Origin: Bryobacterales bacterium
GTDB lineage: Bacteria; Acidobacteriota; Terriglobia; Bryobacterales; UBA6623
Assembly (NCBI GenBank): GCA_965204095.1
Contig: OZ241991.1
Span: forward strand, 1,360,290 to 1,424,289
DNA: 64,000 nucleotides
Direction: 5' to 3'
Part shown: piece after piece, positions 9,569 to 16,735 of the stretch
How positions within the stretch are numbered: position 1 is the first letter of the stretch
How the letters are laid out: each line of letters begins with the position of its first letter
Program-made: the position numbers and the translations under genes
The notes under the pieces: generated by a model
The model's input: only the letters and a program-made list of their open reading frames with translations
What the model was told of the DNA's origin: nothing
The model's database searches: none

Positions 9569-11146
9569 CTATTTCTCAAGCAGGAAGTTGCCGGCGATCA
9601 TGGTGTCTATGCCGGAGGAGTAAAAGCTGCGGACAGCGGCTCGGGGATCGTTGACAAGGCGTTCTCCGAAGAGGTTGAAGGATGTGTTGTAGAGCACAGG
9701 CAGTCCGCTGACTCGGCCGGCGGCTTGCAGGAGTTCCCAACAGAGCGGGTTTTCGGCCCGGCGGACGGTATGAACGCGGATGCGGTCGCCACCGAGCAGA
9801 GCGGCCTCGAACGTCTTGCGATGTTTCTGCTTGACGCGGCTGACCGAGGCGAGGAATCGCGCGCTTTCGGTGCAATCGAAGTAGTCGGACGCCAGTTCCT
9901 CGGGGACCGACGCAGCAAACTTGCGGAAGAGCTCACGGCGCTTGATGTAGACGTTGAGGTTCTCGGTGGAATAGGGATTGAGCGGGGAGGCGAAGATGCT
10001 GCGATTGCCGAGGGCGCGCGAGCCGAACTCCATGCGGCCTTGGAACCAGGCGACGATCTGGTTGTCGTTGAGGCGGCCCACGGCGGTGTCGACGACGGCC
10101 TCGTCGGTGGTGAGGTAGCTGAAACGGAGCTTGCAGTTTTCGAGGACTTGCTTGATCTCTTCCCGGTCATAGCAGGGGCCCAGGAAGAGATTGTCAAGCG
10201 GATGGCGCTGAGTGTTTCGGCAGGTTTGATGCCAGGCATAGAAAGCGCAGCCGAGGCTGGTGCCGGCGTTGCCGGCGGCCGGTTGGACCCAGACGTTCTT
10301 GTAGCGGCCGGACGTTTCGAGAGCTGAAACGAGCGGCGCGTTGAGCATGAGGCCGCCGGCCAGACAGAGGTTCTCGCCCTCGCCGGCGAAGCGAACGACG
10401 ATGTCTTCGACAGCACTCTGGACGCTGGCCGCGATGTCGCGGCGTTCCTGCTCGGAGAGTTTCGCCCCGTATTCAAGCCCGAGCCTCGCATAGAAGCGAT
10501 CACTGAATCCGCCTGCGGTGGGGCGCGAAGTATCGAAGAAACCTTGGTTCAAGACCGGCCGTGGGGTACTCCCGGCGCCGAGGATTTCCAGGAACATGTC
10601 GCGGAAACGCGGCTCGCCGGCGGCGCCCATCCACTGGACTTTGTGCTCTTCGGCCCCGATGCGATAGCCGAGCAATTCCGTGATGCGGCTGTAAAAACCG
10701 GCGGGAGAGTCCGGTGCATAGAGTTCTTCGACCGCCTCCAAGCGTGTTCCTGCGGCCTCCCATAGAGCGCCGCAACGCATGTCTCCGACCCGGTCGAGCG
10801 TGACGACGCGCGCTTTTTCGAAGGGCGAAGGGTAGAAGGCGCTGGCGGCGTGCGCGATATGGTGGTCAACGATGACCAGCCGGCTTCGGGGAAACTGTGT
10901 CTTGAGGCGAAGGTGCTGGGAGGAATCGGAACCGCCTCCCATGGGCCGCGCGATGGCGACGCAATCGACATCATTTCGGGACGCCGAAACGACGTGGAGG
11001 CAAGCGTCGACGGCTCTTTCGGGAAGCCCCCCTGGGTGAGCTTGGCGGCGTAGTTTGTCCTCCTCCATGGCGGCAACAAGTCGGCCGTCCTTGAGCAGAG
11101 CGGCCGCGCCGTCATGCAGCCAGCCACCGATTCCGAGTATCAGCAT
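9569..11146 (-). CDS. carbamoyltransferase (NodU/CmcH family)
   Basis: MLILGIGGWLHDGAAALLKDGRLVAAMEEDKLRR... and a C-terminal ...LPVLYNTSFNLFGERLV are typical of the family. The first ATG (11146) shares 1 nt with the gltX stop codon, which suggests an operon. Confidence 0.9.
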   Translation of the reverse strand: MLILGIGGWLHDGAAALLKDGRLVAAMEEDKLRRQAHPGGLPERAVDACLHVVSASRNDVDCVAIARPMGGGSDSSQHLRLKTQFPRSRLVIVDHHIAHAASAFYPSPFEKARVVTLDRVGDMRCGALWEAAGTRLEAVEELYAPDSPAGFYSRITELLGYRIGAEEHKVQWMGAAGEPRFRDMFLEILGAGSTPRPVLNQGFFDTSRPTAGGFSDRFYARLGLEYGAKLSEQERRDIAASVQSAVEDIVVRFAGEGENLCLAGGLMLNAPLVSALETSGRYKNVWVQPAAGNAGTSLGCAFYAWHQTCRNTQRHPLDNLFLGPCYDREEIKQVLENCKLRFSYLTTDEAVVDTAVGRLNDNQIVAWFQGRMEFGSRALGNRSIFASPLNPYSTENLNVYIKRRELFRKFAASVPEELASDYFDCTESARFLASVSRVKQKHRKTFEAALLGGDRIRVHTVRRAENPLCWELLQAAGRVSGLPVLYNTSFNLFGERLVNDPRAAVRSFYSSGIDTMIAGNFLLEK

Positions 11147-12585
11147 CAAACCTTCCGCAACCGATCGATGACACAGTCGCGTCCGAGGATAGTGAAAATT
11201 GCGAATGCGCTAGGCCCGACGGACTGCCCGCTCAGCGCCGCGCGAGCACCGTTGATCATCAGTCCGGCTTTCATGCCCCGCTCTTCAGCCAAACTGCGAA
11301 GGGTGGTCTCGACGGACTCGCTGGTGAAGTCGTTCAAGGTTGCGAGACGATCGGCGAGTGCGCGAAGGGATTCACGGACACCCTCTTTGTTGAGGTTCTT
11401 TTCGGCCTTGATGTCGGTCGGGAACGTGTCGTTGAAATAAGCCGCGCCGCGCTCCGTGAAGTCCTTGAGGGTATTGAAGCGTGAACGGATGAGATCGACC
11501 GTGGATTCGAGCGAGGCCTTCCGGCCGGCTTCGTATTGGGGACGCCACCAGCCGGCCTCGCGGAGTTCGATTTCAACATGGGGAAGCAAATCTCTCACGG
11601 GCAAGCTGCGCAACTGTTGGCCATTGATCCAGAGCGCTTTGGGGTCGGCCCAGCTCTGCTCGGAGTCTTCGTCAAACGTAACGACGGCGTTGGTGCGGTT
11701 GACGCTTTCCAGTTTGAACAGCTCGATCAACTCGTTGCGGGTGAGCAGTTCTTGATTGTCTTTCGGCGACCAGCCAAGCAGGCACAGGTAGTTGATGATG
11801 CCTTGAGGCAGAAAGCCGTGATCGCGGTAGTTCGTGACGCTGACGATTTCGCCATGCCTGCGCTTGGAGAGTTTCGAACCGTCAGGGCCGAGCAGCAGCG
11901 GCAGATGGGCGAACTCGGGCGGATTCCCGCCCAGCGCCTCGAACAACAGAATGTGCTTGAAGGTGTTGGTGAGGTGGTCCTGGCCGCGGATGACGTGCGT
12001 AATGCCGAGGTCCGAGTCGTCGACGCTGGAGGCGAGGTGATAGGTCGGCGAGCCATTGCTCCGGAGCAGGGCGAAGTCCTCGATGTCGGCGATCTTGCGA
12101 GACTGTTCGCCGAACACGTGATCGTGGAAGGTGACGGTACGGTCGGTCCCGTGGGCCACGCGGAAACGGATGACGAACGGCTCGCCGGCGCTGGCTCGGC
12201 GCTCGCTTTCATCCTGTGTCAGTTCCCGCATGGCGGGGTTGGCGAGACGTACTTCGGCGGCATCCTTGGCTTCGGGCAAAGCGCTTTGCCGGGTGAAGTC
12301 GCGATAGGCAAGTCCTTTGGCGAGAAGAGCTTCGGCGGCCTCGACGTGCTTCGTGCGGCGCTCGGACTGATAGTGTTGCTCGTCCCAGGGCAGTTCGAGC
12401 CAGCGCAGGCCGTCGATGATGGATTGGAGAGCTTCGTCAGTGCTGCGCTCGCGGTCGGTGTCGTCGATCCGGAGGACCACCTTCCCGCCGTGCTGACGAG
12501 CGAAGAGCCAGTTGAAGATGTAAGTGCGAGCCCCGCCAATGTGCAAGAACCCCGTTGGGGATGGCGCAAAGCGAACGCGTGTCAT
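11146..12585 (-). CDS. gltX: glutamate--tRNA ligase
   Basis: MTRVRFAPSPTGFLHIGGARTYIFNWLFAR (HIGH motif) and ...KLSKRRHGEIV (KMSKS-like motif). About 480 codons. The ATG at 12585 sits one codon inside the track start. Confidence 0.95.
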   Translation of the reverse strand: MTRVRFAPSPTGFLHIGGARTYIFNWLFARQHGGKVVLRIDDTDRERSTDEALQSIIDGLRWLELPWDEQHYQSERRTKHVEAAEALLAKGLAYRDFTRQSALPEAKDAAEVRLANPAMRELTQDESERRASAGEPFVIRFRVAHGTDRTVTFHDHVFGEQSRKIADIEDFALLRSNGSPTYHLASSVDDSDLGITHVIRGQDHLTNTFKHILLFEALGGNPPEFAHLPLLLGPDGSKLSKRRHGEIVSVTNYRDHGFLPQGIINYLCLLGWSPKDNQELLTRNELIELFKLESVNRTNAVVTFDEDSEQSWADPKALWINGQQLRSLPVRDLLPHVEIELREAGWWRPQYEAGRKASLESTVDLIRSRFNTLKDFTERGAAYFNDTFPTDIKAEKNLNKEGVRESLRALADRLATLNDFTSESVETTLRSLAEERGMKAGLMINGARAALSGQSVGPSAFAIFTILGRDCVIDRLRKV

Positions 12586-12825
12586 CAAGAGTCGGAGGAG
12601 AAACGCCGGGGTTCAGGCAGGAAGCGGATGTTGTGGATTCGCCCGCCGTGTTCGAGGGCTCAGTATAGCAATCGAGGTCAGATTGCCCCGGATGTGGCGT
12701 CTTGCTCCGGGGCCGGTCAGCCTTTACGGGCAGGTCGACAAGTCTGTGAAAGCACATGACAGGAGTGACTTGACGGTCCGTGGTGAAATCCCGTGTAGCA
12801 CCGGCAGCGGGGCTCTTGCCATTAG

Positions 12826-13001
12826 CCTGCATTTCTCACCACGCGGCTAGGCGAAGTGCGTGAGAGGGCCGTCAGGACGAGGCGCGAGCCGCTTGGCGCG
12901 CGCAGGCGTACTTGACAGTACGTTGAGCACGGCAAGCAAGCGCAACGAAGTCCTGGCGGTCGTACCGCGTGCTTCGACCGCCGGGTGGTGAGAAATGCAG
13001 G
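12826..13001 (+). mobile_element. MITE copy 6 (subfamily A, 176 bp)
   Basis: Same terminal IRs. Flanks TTAG (12822-12825) / CTAG (13002-13005). Confidence 0.9.
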
Positions 13002-13005
13002 CTAG

Positions 13006-14070
13006 CCACTGCATTTAAGCTTTTCACGAAACACGAATCACGAGACACGAATCACGGCTTTTATGCTTTTCACGAAACACGGCCTTTCCCGTGGCTCGTT
13101 TGGTACCTGTTGGTACTGAAGCCCTTCAGTCTTGTTTTTTCGGCCGGAATCTGCTCTGGGTTGAGAGTGATGACGCCGTTGCTGGGAACGAAAACCTAAT
13201 CCACGCCCGTCGGGGACGCGCCGGCTGGATACAACAAAGTCGCCCAAGTCACGGCCTTTCAGGTATTTACGAGACCCGAGACACGAAACACGGCTTTAGC
13301 CTGGCGCGCGGCGCAAGCCGGCGCGAATTCCGAGGTATTCACGAAACACGAGACACCAGACACGAAACACGGCTTTTTTCAGACCCGAAACACGGCTTTT
13401 CCGTGGCTCGTTTGGTACCTGTTGGTACTGAAGCCCTTCAGTCTTTTTTTCGGCCGGGGGCTGGTTTAGGTTGAGAGTGATGACGCCGTTGCTGGGAACA
13501 ACAAACCCATCCGCGCCCGTCGGGGACGCGCCGGCTGGAGACAACAAAACCGCCCAAGTCACGGCCTTTCAGGTATTTACGAGACCCGAGACACGGCCAT
13601 TGCCAGGCGCGAGGCGCAAGCCGGCGCGAATTCCGAGGTTTTCACGAAACACGAAACACGAATCACGGCTTTTTTTCGAATCACGGCCTTTGTTGTGGCG
13701 CGGCATGGGGCGGCTATGGCGCGGCATGGGCGGCGACCGTCCCCCGCACCGGCAACACGGGTTTATGCATTTCACGAGACACGAGACACGAATCACGGCC
13801 TTTGGGGTGCTGAAGCCCTTCAGTCTTTTTTTCGGCGGAAGCCGGTTTAGGTTGAGAGTGATGACGCCGTTGCTGGGAACAAAAAACCCTTCCGCGCCCG
13901 TCGGGGCCGCGCCGGCTGGAGACAGAAGAGCCGGTCGGGCCACGGACTCCAAGGTTTTTCACGAAACACGAGACACGGGTTTGCTTGGCGCGCCGCGCAA
14001 GCCAGCGCGAATTCCGAGGTTTTCACGAAACACGAGGCACGAGACACGAATCACGGCTTTTATGCTTTTC
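13006..14070 (+). repeat. non-coding tandem array: 3.3 units of 302-381 bp, each containing CACGARA heptad runs
   Basis: Conserved 30-mer GTTGAGAGTGATGACGCCGTTGCTGGGAAC at 13160, 13470 and 13851. Hairpin plus T-run (CTGAAGCCCTTCAG then T7-9) at 13116, 13428 and 13810. GC hairpin with GCAA loop (GGCGCAAGCC) in each unit. Heptad runs at 13025-13058, 13071-13084, 13268-13294, 13340-13373, 13384-13396, 13578-13598, 13643-13669, 13677-13688, 13773-13800, 13960-13979 and 14024-14057, all in the same orientation. ORFs across it are not conserved in frame between units. Confidence 0.85.
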
Positions 14071-14077
14071 CTCCCAC

Positions 14078-14107
14078 CATTTCCCGGCATTTCCCGCTAT
14101 TTCCCGG
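14078..14107. repeat. 3 x 10-bp direct repeat (CATTTCCCGG CATTTCCCGC TATTTCCCGG) followed by A7
   Basis: Read directly from the sequence. One helical turn per repeat. It lies between the tandem array and the dehydrogenase gene. Confidence 0.7.
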
Positions 14108-14450
14108 TAAAAAAATTACTGCCAACCAAGTGCCCCCGAGCGCTGCAGCAACTTGGAAATCGGCTTGATGATCAGTCCGTAGTGAAATCCCGCTTGGCGC
14201 CGGGAACGGCGCTGCGTCCGGCGGACGAGGCGCGGCCGGAGAGCATATGGGACCTGTTCGACCGGGAAGCAACGCAATTCAGCCGGGATGCATCGCCGCT
14301 TGAATGCAGAGAGGCTTTTGCCACGGACTGTAATGAAGAAGTGTCATGGAGATAGAGTGGGGTTAGTGAATGGAGGAGAAACACATGAGCCGCAATCGCG
14401 AGCAGCCACGCCACGGTTCTCTCCATTTTGTGTGAAACTCTTAACTGGTT

Positions 14451-15464
14451 ATGAAGATCGCGATCTTGCATGGGCCGCGGAACTTGCGGATTGAAGAGCA
14501 TCCCCTGGATACGGAAAACCTGGCTCCGGATCAGATTTGGGTCGAGACGGAGATCACGGCGCTCAAGATCGGCACCGACCGCGGGAACTACGAAGGCGCC
14601 GAGCAGGTGCCGGGCGCGCCGGACTTTCCCCGCTGGGTTGGCGATAGCAATTTGGGGATAGTACGCGGAGTGGGCTCGGCGGTGACGCGGTTTGCGGTGG
14701 GCGACCGCGTCGTGTCCCGGTACCACCATCAGTCGGAGTACGTCGCCAACGAGTCGGAGTGCATTGTGAAGGTGCCGGAGGGCGTAGACCCGGAGGACGC
14801 GGTTTATTCGCATCTTTACGCGCTTAGCTCCAAGTGTTACCGCAAGGCGCACTTTACGCCGGGAGAGAACGTGGCGGTTGTGGGACTTGGCGTGTTGGGT
14901 TTAGGCGCGGTTGCGCTGGGGCCTCTTTTCGGGGCAAGGGTGATCGGACTGGGGAACAGCCCGGTTCGGCTGGAGATGGCGAAGCGGATGGGGGCGCATG
15001 CGGCGTTCCTTTCGACAGATCCGGACTTGCACAACAAGCTGGACGAGTTTACGAATGGGACTGGTGTGGACTTGGTCATTTTGACTGCGAATCCGTGGCC
15101 GGCCTACCGTACCGCGGTGGAGACCGTGCGGCGCAACGGGCGGGTGTCGATCGTGGCGCTTTCCGGGCGTGGCGAAAAACCGCTGAACTTCAATCCGCTG
15201 GCAATGGAGTATTTCTACATCAAGGGAATCTCGCTGATCGCGGTTTGCGAGACAGACGGTTACCTGTATCCTTCACGGGAAGAACGGTTCGACGACGAGC
15301 GCTCGTGCGAACATGTGCTGTCGCTGATGCAGGAAGGCCGGCTTGAGCCGAAGCGATTGATCACGCACCGGTTTCCTTACACGGATATGGTCGAGGCCTA
15401 TGAGATGGCATACCGGCGCGAGAAAGAAATGCTGGGTGTGATCTTCCAATGGAAGGATGTGTAG
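14451..15464 (+). CDS. zinc-type (MDR family) alcohol/threonine dehydrogenase-like oxidoreductase
   Basis: 337 aa. MKIAILHGPRNLRIEEHPLD... and a GLGVLGLGAVALG nucleotide-binding glycine motif, as in the MDR family. Confidence 0.85.
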   Translation: MKIAILHGPRNLRIEEHPLDTENLAPDQIWVETEITALKIGTDRGNYEGAEQVPGAPDFPRWVGDSNLGIVRGVGSAVTRFAVGDRVVSRYHHQSEYVANESECIVKVPEGVDPEDAVYSHLYALSSKCYRKAHFTPGENVAVVGLGVLGLGAVALGPLFGARVIGLGNSPVRLEMAKRMGAHAAFLSTDPDLHNKLDEFTNGTGVDLVILTANPWPAYRTAVETVRRNGRVSIVALSGRGEKPLNFNPLAMEYFYIKGISLIAVCETDGYLYPSREERFDDERSCEHVLSLMQEGRLEPKRLITHRFPYTDMVEAYEMAYRREKEMLGVIFQWKDV

Positions 15465-15471
15465 AGAAAGC

Positions 15472-16257
15472 ATGAGACCCAATAACCTCAGAGAACTTCT
15501 CAAGAACGGCAAACCAACGATCGCGACGCATATTCACAGCAGTTGGCCGTCGGTTGTCGAAATAGCCGGACACACGGGCATGTTCGACTACATCGAGTTC
15601 GTGTCGGAATACGCGCCTTTCGACCTGTACGCGCTGGACAATATCTGCCGTGCGGCAGAGTTGCACGGCATGTCGTCGATGATCAAAGTGGATCAGCAGC
15701 CGCGCAAGTTCCTTGCGCAGCGGGCGATCGGGGCGGGATTTCAGAGCGTGCTTTTCGCCGATTGCCGGAAGGCGTCAGACGCGGAGGAGTGCGTACGCGC
15801 GGTACTGCCCGAAACGCCGGAGGATCAAGGAACGCACGGCGTTGCGACACGGCGGTTCACGTACATGCTCTACGGCGGCACGCAGAATTACGTCGATGCT
15901 CTGCGCGATATCGTTATAGCTCTGATGATCGAGAAGAAGACAGCCGTAGAGAACCTCGACGAAGTGCTGGCGGTGCCGGGAATCGACATGGTGCAGTGGG
16001 GACCGGCAGACTACTCGATGAGCATCGGGAGGCCGGGAGAATGGTTCGCACCGGATATCAAGGAGATCGAGAAGAAGGTAATCGCAGCAGCATTGAAGAA
16101 CGGGATCGCGCCGCGGGCGGAAATCGAGTCGCCGGATCAGGCGAAGTACTATCTGGATCTCGGTGTCAAGCATTTCTGCATTTCAACGGACATCATGCTG
16201 CTGTATCGGACTTGGAGGCAAAAGGGAGAGGAACTGCGAAAAATAGTGGAAGGATAA
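15472..16257 (+). CDS. HpcH/HpaI-family aldolase
   Basis: MRPNNLRELLKNGKPTIATHIHSSWPSVVEIAGHTGMFDYIEF... is typical of 2,4-dihydroxyhept-2-enedioate aldolase-like enzymes. An alternative ATG at 15457 overlaps the upstream gene. Confidence 0.8.
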   Translation: MRPNNLRELLKNGKPTIATHIHSSWPSVVEIAGHTGMFDYIEFVSEYAPFDLYALDNICRAAELHGMSSMIKVDQQPRKFLAQRAIGAGFQSVLFADCRKASDAEECVRAVLPETPEDQGTHGVATRRFTYMLYGGTQNYVDALRDIVIALMIEKKTAVENLDEVLAVPGIDMVQWGPADYSMSIGRPGEWFAPDIKEIEKKVIAAALKNGIAPRAEIESPDQAKYYLDLGVKHFCISTDIMLLYRTWRQKGEELRKIVEG

Positions 16258-16735
16258 CCGCCCGTGGAAAAGCCACGCAGGCGGCGTTACGCTGCCTGAA
16301 TCCGAATCAGCAACAAGTGGGCGCTTCAACACAGGGCACGGTGTCGCTACACCGCCGGCCGGCAGCGGTGCATGGATCTTTGCACGACGGAAATATGTGG
16401 TCGTCCTGGTCGTTCGTCGGAGCGGATCGACCCGGGCCTATGTCCCTCTAACTCCGAACAGATCAAGTACAGGATGCCGGCGCGGGACTGACCTCTGCAC
16501 ATTCGCCAGATCCTGAAAGGCCGTCCGAGAGCCTTGCGTTTGCATTTCTTCGCAAATCGAATGTCCGCACACAGCAGACGTCGAGGCCGGTGAGTGCTTC
16601 CACATCTCGATGGCAATCCTCACTGAAGACTGACTCATGAGGTTTCTTGTGGCTCAACGGGGCCCTTACGAGCATTCGGCACGACTTGAGCGGATGGGGC
16701 AGGCATCCGATACGTCTGGTTATCATTAGCTATTC

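Noticed and set aside
9464-10327. Long antisense or overlapping ORFs inside confirmed genes (e.g. 9464-10327+, 9607-10503-, 11536-12759+, 26945-28027-, 32034-32993+, 48643-49689-, 60902-61744-, 62716-63597+).
   Set aside because: These are typical high-GC shadow ORFs. Their products are Arg/Ala/Pro-rich with no family resemblance, and each overlaps a gene with clear homology-type motifs on the other strand or in another frame.
12781-13010. Cobalamin riboswitch: GGTGAAATCCC at 12781 (and GGTAAAGTCCC at 41291, next to the corrinoid genes), plus GCCACTG at 13004.
   Set aside because: Only these short fragments resemble B12-element boxes. The GGGAA box, the CCCGCCACTG context and the paired regions are missing. 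GCCACTG is separated from the rest by a MITE. The downstream genes at copies A and B are not B12-related. Rfam cmscan would settle the question.
13101-13117. Sigma-54 promoter look-alike TGGTACCTGTTGGTAC in each tandem unit.
   Set aside because: The GG and GC elements are not 10 nt apart (the spacing is 2 nt short) and the -12 TTGC is absent. The sequence is better explained as a 6-bp hairpin.
13471-14355. A 294-aa ORF and several minus-strand ORFs across the tandem array, including a recurring 'LLSPAGA.PTGA.GF.VPSNGVITLNL' peptide.
   Set aside because: Conservation is at the nucleotide level only. Unit 1 has an in-frame stop in the same frame, start codons are not conserved, and the composition is repeat-driven.
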